From Patescibacteria group bacterium (lineage in GTDB: Bacteria; Patescibacteriota; Patescibacteriia; SG8-24), in contig JBAYFM010000004.1 of assembly GCA_041667185.1 (NCBI GenBank), positions 9,097 through 73,096 on the forward strand: a stretch of DNA of 64,000 nt. Reading direction: 5' to 3'. Below are positions 16,356 to 26,080 of this stretch, piece by piece. Position 1 is the first letter of the stretch, and each line of letters begins with the position of its first letter. The translations under genes were made by a program, and so were the position numbers. The notes beneath the pieces are model-generated. The model was not told the DNA's origin and searched no databases. It saw only the letters and a list, made by a program, of their open reading frames with translations.

Positions 16356-17183
16356 ATGAAATCGCTCATTCAAAAACAAGTTTTGGCCGTCTGCGAAGTG
16401 CTTGCATTCTGCGCCCTCACTGGTTGCGGGACCGAAGACGAGACCATTGATCCGGACAACCTTCTCGATTCCGTCGACACCGTCGCGCAAGCCCTGGATT
16501 CCGCGCATACGCGCGTAATCCAAGAGTGCTCGCAATCCATGTCCGGCAGCTGGTGGACGTACAACGAGACCAACTGGCCGACGGGGACGACGTACGGGAC
16601 GTATGCGTACATCTCCAACGATCTGGGAGCGTGGGGAAAGTTGTTGGATAACACCTACAACTACGGAATCAGAGGCTGGTGGACGTCGTGCAGAAAGACA
16701 AACTCTCCGCAGACCAACAACTACGGGCCCTGTAGTCTTACGTACGGCGATCTGGACACCGCGAGCCTCTACGATTGCCAAGGCACATGCACGGGCGGCA
16801 TTCACCATCGTGGCGGACAATGCAAGCCATTCATGAACTTGGTGGCGTACCGCTCTGGCACGTACCAAAACCCGGGCTACGCTTGGAAGTCATTCCCGAA
16901 CGACGCCACGATCGCGGCAAGCGACCCCAACGGCACGCTCATGCCTGCGGCGACCTATGCGAATATCGTCGAAGGGGATTACCTCCGGCGACCCTACGGA
17001 CACGCCTTGATCATAGTTCGCAAGATCAGTAGTTCCCAGGTCATCGTGTTGGATTCGAACTGGTCCGGCGGCAACGGGACGGAACAAATCTCATCACATA
17101 GCATGGCCTTCGGCAGCGGCGATAGCGACAGCAATCTGGGTGCCTATCGCGTTCTTAAATGCGCATATACGGGCGGATGTTGA
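16356..17183 (+). CDS. Lipoprotein with a C-terminal CHAP/NlpC-P60-like domain
   Basis: Lipobox LTGC; GGQCKPF...GDYL..YGHALIIV..IVLDSNW; RBS aggag upstream. Confidence 0.7.
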   Translation: MKSLIQKQVLAVCEVLAFCALTGCGTEDETIDPDNLLDSVDTVAQALDSAHTRVIQECSQSMSGSWWTYNETNWPTGTTYGTYAYISNDLGAWGKLLDNTYNYGIRGWWTSCRKTNSPQTNNYGPCSLTYGDLDTASLYDCQGTCTGGIHHRGGQCKPFMNLVAYRSGTYQNPGYAWKSFPNDATIAASDPNGTLMPAATYANIVEGDYLRRPYGHALIIVRKISSSQVIVLDSNWSGGNGTEQISSHSMAFGSGDSDSNLGAYRVLKCAYTGGC

Positions 17184-17327
17184 TGCTCATGTACATATGA
17201 CGCATTTCGGGGAGGGTTTCATGCCTCCCCTTTTTTCTTGAAAGACACTTACTACGAGATGATCTTGCGACATACTGATACAATTAGGATAATAGAGATA
17301 AGAGTGTTAAATGTTTGAGACCGCCTT

Positions 17328-18056
17328 ATGATAAAACGATTGAAAATCACGGTCATCTGCATCCTGACCATCATGGCGCTTGCGCTTGTCTTTGTACGTT
17401 TTGCATTACCGAAGCCATCCACGCCAGCGCCCGCGATTACCAAGGCTCCTCCGGTGCCGGCGGGGTCGTTGGTCGATCTCTCCAAGATCGCCTATGACGC
17501 TAAGACGACCGTTCCTGGTACTGGGGTTACCTTTTCATACCCGAAAGAAGGCTATTACGGGAAAGGTGCACAGTTGGTGAATCAAGTATGGACATCTGAC
17601 CTGAATGTTAATCATGCTTCATTTCCCGAAATCGAGAGCCTTTATTTCACTTCACTTCATGACAGTATTTTGAATGCGCAGCAAATCAGTATTCGAGTGT
17701 TTCGGCTCGAAAAAACAACGGACATTGAGGACGTATTGAACGGATTGGGAATACCCGGACCCTATTACCCCCTTCCAGGACGTTTCGAATCAATCAATGG
17801 AACACGTTACTATCTCCAACCTGGAAAAACCTCGGGCCTCAATCTTTTTATTGTCTACGGATACGACGCGTATACGATCGTAAACGGCCGGCTTCTCATT
17901 GTGTCGTTCCAGGGTGGTTTTGATGCAAGCGATGATAATAAGACCCCTGATCTTGTCATGCAATTTCTCTCGCGCCTGGATTTCTCCTGTACGTCTACGT
18001 CGGATTGCTCAGTAAATTCATCTCCGATCATTGTATCAAAGGGGAACGAGCAATAG
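17328..18056 (+). CDS. Single-TM hypothetical protein (lower GC than core genes)
   Basis: N-terminal TM; GVTFSYP motif (PsbP-like CPR family). Confidence 0.7.
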   Translation: MIKRLKITVICILTIMALALVFVRFALPKPSTPAPAITKAPPVPAGSLVDLSKIAYDAKTTVPGTGVTFSYPKEGYYGKGAQLVNQVWTSDLNVNHASFPEIESLYFTSLHDSILNAQQISIRVFRLEKTTDIEDVLNGLGIPGPYYPLPGRFESINGTRYYLQPGKTSGLNLFIVYGYDAYTIVNGRLLIVSFQGGFDASDDNKTPDLVMQFLSRLDFSCTSTSDCSVNSSPIIVSKGNEQ

Positions 18057-18215
18057 ATTTGAAAAACCTGATAAGGATGAGACGCGGCTATTTTAAAATG
18101 GAATCGGGCTACATGCCATATCTTGATGCCATGAGCGCGGTTCTAATGTCGTCCACAATGCCCCGCCATCGAAGAAACGCCCGAAGAAGGGCGTTTTTTC
18201 GCATCTCGCCAGGAT

Positions 18216-18273
18216 GCCCGGTTAACACGGGCCGCAGTACTGCGGCCAGACCGAGGGTTCGAATCTCCCGCCA
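18216..18273 (+). pseudogene. Pseudo-tRNA-Asp copy 4
   Basis: gcccggttaacacg-ggccgcagtactgcggcc-agaccgagggttcgaatc-tcccgcca; further acceptor-end fragment at 18322-18336. Confidence 0.85.
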
Positions 18274-18402
18274 TGACAGGCGTGGATCCCGCTCACAATA
18301 TCGTAATAACAGAAAGCGGGACCTTCGGACCCACGCACATCATTGACGCGACCCCTGATCTTTGCTTATCTTTAGCAAGCGAAACGGTTCTTTAAAAATT
18401 CA

Positions 18403-18512
18403 TTCATGAGACAGCGCCTCGGGCATAAAGGCCCCCACTCCCGCCGACAGCCGGGTTGTGTCCGGCGCGCTGCCTCATGAAAGAGGAAGCCGCCGGCCGG
18501 AGCGACTCCGGC
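18403..18512 (+). ncRNA. Putative structured 5' leader
   Basis: 14/15-bp stem 18403-18417/18467-18481 enclosing two hairpins, then gccggag-cga-ctccggc. Confidence 0.35.
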
Positions 18513-18530
18513 AGATCCAGAACCCAGGAG

Positions 18531-19412
18531 ATGACGATGACGACGCGATCGATCACGTCCATGACCGACGGACAGCAGAAGCAATTCAGAAGATTCATCG
18601 AAGACGCCGCAGACAAAGCTCTCGCGGAAACCAGCCTCAGCAAAGACGAACTTCAGAGGCTCATCGCGAACGGCGGCAAATTCCAATCGTCCATCATGGC
18701 GGCGATCCGGGAATTCTCCGGCACCCGATTCCTTCGTGAGGAGATCCTCTCTGATTGCACGTACCCGGAAGAATACAAGGGGCCGAAACCGATCTCGGAG
18801 CAAGTCGCGATCCTCTTAGAACGCTTGCCGGCACTCGGGAACGCGACATACGACAAGAAGCTGGCCACACGGCCGCTGCCGCCGAACACCGAAGGGTGGT
18901 TCGCTATCCCGAGGTGGGAGAAGCTGGGATCCTCCTACACCGATGCCGTGGAAAGAATGTTCAGATCCTTCTGGCCCACGTGGAATTTCAATATCCATCA
19001 CCGCCCGATCGGAAGAAGCCATCTGCGCCAGCTCGCCGAGACGACGCGGGCCTTCCAGAGACTCGGCGACGAGCAGTTCGGACACGACATCCTCGTCGTC
19101 CCCGCCCAATTCGGTCTTCGCCACCGCGGCCGTTCGGCTCGCCGGGCCCGCGAGACGATGAATGTCGACGAATTCGCTCTCGGCGTGTTCGCTGTGGGAT
19201 GCATGCTTCTGACTCATCCTGAGCGGCAGCAGCTGATCAAGCAGAAACAGCTCCAGGTCGACTGCGCTGGCGACGAGTACGCCATTGATGCTGATCAGTT
19301 CTTCTTTGCGCCATCCTTGGCTTTCAACCGAAAAGAAGCTTACCTCGGCGTCTCCGAGGATAGCGCGGTCTACAACGATTTCGGCGTCGCGTCAGGCTTC
19401 CTCTTGCTGTAA
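18531..19412 (+). CDS. Conserved hypothetical protein (CPR-type; C-terminus resembles CLec-fold DGR targets)
   Basis: RBS caggag; AQFGLRHRGRS..LLTHPER..DCAGDE..GVASGF. Confidence 0.7.
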   Translation: MTMTTRSITSMTDGQQKQFRRFIEDAADKALAETSLSKDELQRLIANGGKFQSSIMAAIREFSGTRFLREEILSDCTYPEEYKGPKPISEQVAILLERLPALGNATYDKKLATRPLPPNTEGWFAIPRWEKLGSSYTDAVERMFRSFWPTWNFNIHHRPIGRSHLRQLAETTRAFQRLGDEQFGHDILVVPAQFGLRHRGRSARRARETMNVDEFALGVFAVGCMLLTHPERQQLIKQKQLQVDCAGDEYAIDADQFFFAPSLAFNRKEAYLGVSEDSAVYNDFGVASGFLLL

Positions 19413-19472
19413 CCGCTCCTTAACCGGCCGCCCGCAACGCAACGCGGGTGGCCTTTTTCTTTTGCGCCAGGA

Positions 19473-19501
19473 TTGACAAGAGCGGTTTTTTATGCTATAT
19501 T
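19473..19501 (+). promoter_or_regulatory. Sigma70 promoter
   Basis: TTGACA-17-TATATT with TGn. Confidence 0.7.
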
Positions 19502-19533
19502 TAGAGCAGTAATTGAATTTTGAGGCCAAAATT

Positions 19534-20340
19534 ATGCTCGAACGTATGACTCCTTCGCAATTCGACATCAACAAAGCGAGCGACGACGAGCTGGCCAAGG
19601 CTGTTGAAATTCCCGCCGCGCAGAAACAGGAAACCAGACTGAGCCCGGCTGACCGGGCCCGGCAGGCCGTTTCCAAAGCGAGCCGCGAGATCCTCGATCT
19701 GAAGATCCACGGCGCCAAGCAAGGCATTCCGGATGAACTCCAGGAGAAGATCGTCGAGGCGCGGCGCCAGAACGCCATTGCCGAGACCATCGCGGCTGAT
19801 CCGACTCTGGACGCCGCGGCGGCCGAAACCATGATCGCCGAATACCTGCAGATGCAGGAGACGGAGCACGAGCTCGCCACCAAAAAAAGCGGGCAGATCG
19901 ACATCTCGGACGCGGAGATCGACAGCCTCGGAGCCGGTCTGGGCGAGGAACTGGCCGTGACCACGGAGCGTTCGTCGGCCGATCAATTGAAACTCGCGGC
20001 GAGCGCCGAGAAGCGCGCCATGGACACGGAAGAGAAATTCCAGGCCGACACGACCGCTTTCCGCCAGAACGCCGAGGTCCAAAAATTCGTCGAAGACAAC
20101 ATCCGCGGCGCCGCGGACGAATGGGATACGAACCTGCCGGGCAAACAACTGGAACTGGCCGCACGCCTCGGCAGCAACAACAAGGAAATGACCCACGCCG
20201 CCATGCAGGCCATCGATTCGCTGATCAAGGAGAAATTGCAGCGGATCAAGGGAGCTCAAGAGATCGCCGCCGAACCGAGTCTCGATCTCGGCTCAGCCAA
20301 TGACGACGAACTGGATTCCGCGCTCGACAAACTCGGCTGA
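19534..20340 (+). CDS. Acidic helical hypothetical protein
   Basis: GC3-biased ORF with its own promoter and a bidirectional terminator at about 20350-20378. Confidence 0.7.
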   Translation: MLERMTPSQFDINKASDDELAKAVEIPAAQKQETRLSPADRARQAVSKASREILDLKIHGAKQGIPDELQEKIVEARRQNAIAETIAADPTLDAAAAETMIAEYLQMQETEHELATKKSGQIDISDAEIDSLGAGLGEELAVTTERSSADQLKLAASAEKRAMDTEEKFQADTTAFRQNAEVQKFVEDNIRGAADEWDTNLPGKQLELAARLGSNNKEMTHAAMQAIDSLIKEKLQRIKGAQEIAAEPSLDLGSANDDELDSALDKLG

Positions 20341-20386
20341 AACAACGTTAAAACACCCCGCTCCAGGCGGGGTGTTTTGATTCGGA

Positions 20387-22855
20387 CTATTTCTTCTTTT
20401 TGGCGGGCTTACTACGGGCGGCCGGCTTCTTCGCGGCCGGCTTTCGAAGCTGCTCCTCGGTCTCGGCGATCGCCACCGAAGTCTTAAGCAGCGAATCCGG
20501 ATTGAGCGAGATACTGTCGATCCCCTCCCGCACCAGGAACTGCGCGAACTCCGGATAATCCGACGGCGCCTGGCCGCAGATACCGATCTTCACCTTCTTC
20601 TCCTTGGCGACGCGGATGACGTGCCGCAGCGAATCATAGACCGCGTCATTCCTCTCGTCGTACAGCCGGCTGACGAACTGGGAATCGCGATCGACGCCGA
20701 GCGTGAGCTGTGTCAGGTCGTTCGACCCAATGCTGAAACCGTCGAAGATCTCCGCGAACTTGTCGGCTAGGATGATGTTCGACGGGATCTCGACCATTAC
20801 GTAGACCCTGAAGCCGTCCTTGCCCCGGACCAAGCCGGCTTCGGCCATGGTCGCGAGCACTTTCCTGCCCTCCTCCGGCGTGCGGCAGAACGGGATCATG
20901 ACGATGAGATTCTTGAGCCCCATCTCCTCGCGCACTTTCCGCACGGCCCGGCACTCGAGCAGGAACGCGGCTTTGTACTTCTCGTCGTAATACCGCGAGG
21001 CGCCGCGCCAACCGATCATCGGATTGGACTCGACCGGTTCGTAGGCGCGCCCGCCGATGAGATTGGCGTACTCGTTAGTCTTGAAATCAGACATGCGGAC
21101 GATGACGTCCTTCGGATTGAAGGCGGCCGCGAGCCGTCCGATGCCCTCGGCCAGCCGGTCAACGAAGAAGCCCGTCTTGTCGGCGTAACCCCGGGTGATC
21201 TCGTCGATCTTGGCGCGCGTCTCGTCGTCCTGCTTGTCGTAATTCAGGAGCGCCAGCGGGTGGACCTTGATGTAATTGGTGAAGATGAACTCCGTGCGGG
21301 CGAGGCCGACGCCACGCTGGGGCAGAAACGAATATTCGAAAGCCAGCTCCGGCTCGCCGACGTTCAGCATGAGCGCGGTCTCCGGGATCTTGAAGCCTTT
21401 GAGTTTGGTGCGGCGCATTTCGAACGGCAGCAGCCCCTCGTAGATCTTGCCCTGCTCGCCCTCGGCGCAGGAGACCGTGACTTCCTGGCCATCCTTCAGG
21501 ACCGCTGTCCCGTTCACGGTCGCGACGACCGCCGGCGTGCCCATCTCGCGCGAGACGATGGCCGCGTGGCAGGTCCGGCCGCCGCTATTGGTGATGATGG
21601 CCGCGGCTTTCTTCATGATCGGCACCCAGTCCGGATCGGTCATCTCGGTCACGAGCACTTCGCCCTCCTGGAATTTGACCATGTCGTGGACGTCCTTGAT
21701 GACCCGCACTTTGCCGGAACCGATCTTCGAACCGATGGACAGGCCGGTGGCCAGGATCCGGCCGCGCTTCTTCAGCAGATATTCCTCGATGACGTTGAGG
21801 TCGCGTTCGGCCTGGACCGTCTCCGGCCGCGCCTGGACGATGAAGAGCTCGCCGGTCTTGCCGTCCTTGGCCCACTCCATGTCCATAGGCTGCAGGTGGC
21901 CGGCGCGCTTGGAATAATATTCCTCGATCATCGTGCCCCACTTCGCGAGCTTCAGGATCTCGTCGTCGGTCAGACAGAAACGCTGACGATCCTCGGCGGA
22001 AACCGGCACGGTCCGGATGGTCGAACCGCCCTCAAGACTGTAAATGATCTTAGTCTCCTTCATACCCAGCGTCTTGCCGACGATCGGCCGGAAACCCTGG
22101 AGCAGGGTCGGCTTGTAGACGTAGAACTGGTCCGGATTGACCTTGCCCTGGACCACGCTCTCGCCGAGGCCGTACGCGCCGTTGATCAGGATCGCGTCCT
22201 TGAAACCGGATTCCGTGTCGATCGAGAACATCACGCCGGCGCAGGAGAGATCGGAACGGACCATCTTTTGAACGCCGACCGATAGCGCCACTTTCATGTG
22301 ATTGAAGCCTTTCTCAACGCGATAGACGATGGCGCGGTTGGTGAAAAGCGACGCGAAGCAGCGTTTGACCGCGTCCTGCAGAGCGAAGTCGCCCTTGATG
22401 TTGAGATAGGTATCCTGCTGGCCGGCGAAAGAAGCGCCCGGCAGATCCTCCGCGGTCGCCGAAGACCGGACGGCCGTATCCACTTCCTGGCCGCCATAGC
22501 GGGCGCACATCTTCTTGTAAGCCGCGGAAATGGCCTGGCGCAATTCCGGCGAAACCTCGGCCGCGAGAATCGCCTGGCGCACGAGTCCGCCGCGCTCGGC
22601 CAGATCCTCGACATCCTTGACGTCCAGACCCTTGAGGATCGCCGCAATCTTCGGCCGGATGCCAGCGTGGTCGAGGAAATGCCAGTAAGCCGCGGAGGTC
22701 ACGGCAAAACCGTCGGGAATCGGGATGCCGCGCCTGGTGAGATTCTGGAACATCTCGCCCAAGGAGGCGTTCTTGCCGCCGACGATGGCGACGTCATCCA
22801 TGTCGATCTCGCTGAAGAATTTGATGAACGGCGCGGCGACTGGCTTCTTGGACAT
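20387..22855 (-). CDS. ppsA: Phosphoenolpyruvate synthase
   Basis: VGGKNASLGEM; AVRSSATAEDLPGASFAGQQ; GGRTCHAAIVSRE; GFSIGSNDLTQ. Confidence 0.97.
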   Translation of the reverse strand: MSKKPVAAPFIKFFSEIDMDDVAIVGGKNASLGEMFQNLTRRGIPIPDGFAVTSAAYWHFLDHAGIRPKIAAILKGLDVKDVEDLAERGGLVRQAILAAEVSPELRQAISAAYKKMCARYGGQEVDTAVRSSATAEDLPGASFAGQQDTYLNIKGDFALQDAVKRCFASLFTNRAIVYRVEKGFNHMKVALSVGVQKMVRSDLSCAGVMFSIDTESGFKDAILINGAYGLGESVVQGKVNPDQFYVYKPTLLQGFRPIVGKTLGMKETKIIYSLEGGSTIRTVPVSAEDRQRFCLTDDEILKLAKWGTMIEEYYSKRAGHLQPMDMEWAKDGKTGELFIVQARPETVQAERDLNVIEEYLLKKRGRILATGLSIGSKIGSGKVRVIKDVHDMVKFQEGEVLVTEMTDPDWVPIMKKAAAIITNSGGRTCHAAIVSREMGTPAVVATVNGTAVLKDGQEVTVSCAEGEQGKIYEGLLPFEMRRTKLKGFKIPETALMLNVGEPELAFEYSFLPQRGVGLARTEFIFTNYIKVHPLALLNYDKQDDETRAKIDEITRGYADKTGFFVDRLAEGIGRLAAAFNPKDVIVRMSDFKTNEYANLIGGRAYEPVESNPMIGWRGASRYYDEKYKAAFLLECRAVRKVREEMGLKNLIVMIPFCRTPEEGRKVLATMAEAGLVRGKDGFRVYVMVEIPSNIILADKFAEIFDGFSIGSNDLTQLTLGVDRDSQFVSRLYDERNDAVYDSLRHVIRVAKEKKVKIGICGQAPSDYPEFAQFLVREGIDSISLNPDSLLKTSVAIAETEEQLRKPAAKKPAARSKPAKKKK

Positions 22856-22902
22856 AAGATGAACGGATGACGCCAGCCCCGGCGGCCGGCGTCGTTTTTT
22901 AT

Positions 22903-24354
22903 CTATTCGATCGATTTAAGTTCGATGAGATTGAGGCCGCCCGAAGAACCGACCGGTTCGCCGGCGATGGCGATGATAAGGTCGCCTTTTTTGACGGCTT
23001 TGACCTTCTTCATGTAGCCGATGGAGCGGTCGATGAGTTCCTCGATGGAGTGGCAGCGCGGCAGCAGGAACGGCACGACGCCCCAGGACAGATTGAGCTG
23101 ATGCCGGACGCGCTCGGAATCGGTGGAGACGTAGATCGGCATCTCTGGACGGTAGCGGCTGACGATGCGGCCGGCGTTGCCGGAAAGCGAGGCGACGAGG
23201 ATCAGTTTGGCCTTGGTGTCGCGGGCCAGGATGTTGGCCACGCCGGACACGGCTTCTTCGGAACTGGACTTGCCGGACAGGAAACCAGGCTCGCGTTCGG
23301 TGTTGTCATATTCCGACATCTCGGTCTCGTGGATGATCTTGGCCATGGTGCTGACCGCCTCGACCGGATACTTGCCGGAAGCGGTCTCGCCAGAAAGCAT
23401 CACCGCGTCGGTGTGATCGATGACCGCGTTCGCGACGTCCGAGACCTCGGCGCGGGTCGGCCGCGGATTCCGCATCATGGAATCGAGCATCTGGGTCGCG
23501 ACGATGACCGGCTTGCCGGCCGCGCGGCACTTGTCGATGATGCGTTTCTGAATGAGCGGCACTTCCTCCGCCGGCATCTCGATGCCGAGATCGCCGCGCG
23601 CGACCATGATACCATCGACCGCTTCGATGATCTCGTCGATATGCTTCACAGCCTCGTGTTTCTCGATCTTGGCGATGATGCGGATCGGCGGGACGTAAAC
23701 ATAGCTGCCGCCGAGCTTGGCCTTGTGATCCTCGATCAGGTAGCGCAGGTCGTAGACCTCCTTGGCCGACCGGACGAAAGACAGCGCGATCCAATCCACG
23801 TGATGCTCCACGCCGAACTCGACGTCCGCCGCGTCCTTCTCGGTGATTGCTGGAATGGACAGCGTTGCGGTCGGCAGGTTGATACCCTTATGCGACGTCA
23901 GGATCCCGCCGGTCACGACCTCGCAGGTGATATCCCGGCCTTTGACTCCGATGACGCGCACATCCATGAGACCGTCGTCCAGGAGCAGCCGGTCGCCGCT
24001 TTTCACATCTTCATGCAGCTTCTCATAACCGACCGGGATCTTCGGCGGCGCGGCCAGGCGGTCGGTCGTGAACACGACCTTCGTCCGCGGCACAAGTTTG
24101 ACGCCTTCCGCGGGCAGATTGCCGATCCGCACTTTCGGTCCCTGGAGATCTTGAAGAATAGCCACGGGCTCGTTGGTCTGGCTCGAAAGCATCCGCAACG
24201 CGCCGATGAGCTTGGCGTGCTCTTCGTGAGTGCCATGGGAAAAATTCAGCCGAGCGACGTTCATGCCGGCGCGAACCATGGCCGTGAGAGTGCTCGGGCT
24301 GCCGGAAGCCGGCCCAATGGTGCAGACGATCTTGGTTCTCTTATTTTGGCTCAT
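22903..24354 (-). CDS. pyk: Pyruvate kinase
   Basis: KRTKIVCTIGPAS; MVARGDLGIE; ATQMLDSM; MLSGETASG. Confidence 0.97.
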   Translation of the reverse strand: MSQNKRTKIVCTIGPASGSPSTLTAMVRAGMNVARLNFSHGTHEEHAKLIGALRMLSSQTNEPVAILQDLQGPKVRIGNLPAEGVKLVPRTKVVFTTDRLAAPPKIPVGYEKLHEDVKSGDRLLLDDGLMDVRVIGVKGRDITCEVVTGGILTSHKGINLPTATLSIPAITEKDAADVEFGVEHHVDWIALSFVRSAKEVYDLRYLIEDHKAKLGGSYVYVPPIRIIAKIEKHEAVKHIDEIIEAVDGIMVARGDLGIEMPAEEVPLIQKRIIDKCRAAGKPVIVATQMLDSMMRNPRPTRAEVSDVANAVIDHTDAVMLSGETASGKYPVEAVSTMAKIIHETEMSEYDNTEREPGFLSGKSSSEEAVSGVANILARDTKAKLILVASLSGNAGRIVSRYRPEMPIYVSTDSERVRHQLNLSWGVVPFLLPRCHSIEELIDRSIGYMKKVKAVKKGDLIIAIAGEPVGSSGGLNLIELKSIE

Positions 24355-24528
24355 AAGGCGGTTGAGGCAGGCTGTCTGTGAGGTTGCGTCCGCCGAGCTT
24401 AGCTTCAGCGCGACTTCTCGAATAATTATACCAAAAATCAGCCTCCGGCAGAATGGCTGTCTGTCTTCTGACGGATACAAAAACCACCGAGCTGATCTCG
24501 GTGGTTCGCCATTATGCAATCTCTGCGC

Positions 24529-25770
24529 TTAACCCATCTTGCGCCTGATGAAGGCTGGGATCTCCAGATCCTCTTCGGCCGCCGGTTCTTCAGCCCGATT
24601 ATCCCGGATGCCGGCCAGGACGCGTTTGACGAATGGAGCGGTCGACGCAGCCTGTTCGGCGGCTGCCGGAGCGGCTTCCGCCGCTTTGACCTTGACCGTC
24701 TGGCGCGGCTGTTCTTCAACAGCCGCGGCCGAAGCGCGGCCGTCCTTGGTCAGAAAACGATTGGCCGAATAGCCAGCCTGGTCAGCGGCGCCTTTTTCCT
24801 GGCGCAACATCTTGCGCTCGCCGTCGAATCCGGTCGCGATGACGCAGACCTTGACCTCGTCCTTCATGGATTCGTCGATGACCGTGCCGAAGATGACCTT
24901 GGCGGTCTCATGGGCGTTCGAGGTGATGATCTTGGCCGCCTCCGAAACCTCATGCATGCCGAGCTTGCTGCTGCCGGTGATGGTAAAGAGAACGCCACGA
25001 GCCCCCTCGATCGAAACCTCGAGCAGCGGGCTTGAAACGGCGCGTTTAGCGGCCTCCACGGCCCGATTCTCGCCGGAAGCGCGACCGATGCCCATGAGCG
25101 CGGTGCCGGAACCGTTCATGATCGCCCGGACATCGGCGAAATCGACATTGATGAGTCCGGGAACGGTGATGACCTCGGAAATGCCCTGAACACCCTGGCG
25201 CAACACGTCGTCAACGGTCTCAAAAGCATCCAAAAGCGAAGTGTTCTTATCGACGATCTGCAACACGCGATCGTTCGGGATGGTGATGATGGTATCGACC
25301 TGATTGGCCAGTTCGGCATGAGCGCGTTCGGCGATATCGCGGCGCTGGGCGCCTTCGAAACTGAACGGTTTCGTGACCACGGCGACGGTGAGGGCCCCGA
25401 GATCGCGGGCGATCTCCGCGACGAGCGGCGAGCCGCCGGATCCGGTGCCGCCGCCGAGACCGCAGGTGATGAAGACCATGTCCGCGCCCTTGAGCGCGTC
25501 ACGGATCTCGTTCTGGCTCTCTTCGGCAGCCGTGCGCCCCAGTTCCGGATTCATGCCGGCGCCGAGACCGCGCGTCGCGGCCTTGCCGAGATGGATCTTC
25601 TGCGGCGCCTGCGAGTAATGCAAAGCCTGCACGTCGGTATTGGCGGCGATGAATTCAACGCCCTTGATCTTCGACTGGATCATCCGGTTGACCGCGGAAT
25701 TACCGCTGCCGCCGATGCCGATCACTTTAATCTTGGCGAACGTTTCGATTGCTGGTTTGACCTCGGCCAT
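24529..25770 (-). CDS. ftsZ: Cell division protein FtsZ
   Basis: GGGTGSG signature; C-terminal [11 protein letters not shown]. Confidence 0.98.
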   Translation of the reverse strand: MAEVKPAIETFAKIKVIGIGGSGNSAVNRMIQSKIKGVEFIAANTDVQALHYSQAPQKIHLGKAATRGLGAGMNPELGRTAAEESQNEIRDALKGADMVFITCGLGGGTGSGGSPLVAEIARDLGALTVAVVTKPFSFEGAQRRDIAERAHAELANQVDTIITIPNDRVLQIVDKNTSLLDAFETVDDVLRQGVQGISEVITVPGLINVDFADVRAIMNGSGTALMGIGRASGENRAVEAAKRAVSSPLLEVSIEGARGVLFTITGSSKLGMHEVSEAAKIITSNAHETAKVIFGTVIDESMKDEVKVCVIATGFDGERKMLRQEKGAADQAGYSANRFLTKDGRASAAAVEEQPRQTVKVKAAEAAPAAAEQAASTAPFVKRVLAGIRDNRAEEPAAEEDLEIPAFIRRKMG

Positions 25771-25931
25771 AAAAAAATGTGGTTGTCGCGTCCCCGCGCC
25801 TGGCGCGCACGGATCGTCTTCGGGGTGATTATTGCTTCGCTAAAACTATAGGCGAGGACGCACTCACGTGTCAAGGCAAAAATCCGCCAAATGAACACAA
25901 AAAATGTTCATTTTGTCCCCAGTGGTTGCGC

Positions 25932-26080
25932 GAGAGAGACGGAGTCAGGGAGTTTAAGAGTGCGGGAGTTCAGGAGTGCTGGAGTGCTGAAGGATGCCGG
26001 AACTTCCCCGCTCCTCAACTCCCCCACTTCCAACTAAAAAACCGCTCCATAGAGCGGCTCTTCTAGTTACTAGTTGCTAA
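25932..26080. repeat. Octamer repeat arms plus heptamer fragment between ftsA and ftsZ
   Basis: ggagtcag ggagttta agagtgcg ggagttca ggagtgct ggagtgct, then complementary arm; tagttac tagttgc. Confidence 0.75.

Noticed and set aside
24355-24519. 55-aa N-terminal extension of pyk
   Set aside because: It spans a terminator and a palindrome; the conserved start is MSQNKRTK at 24354.
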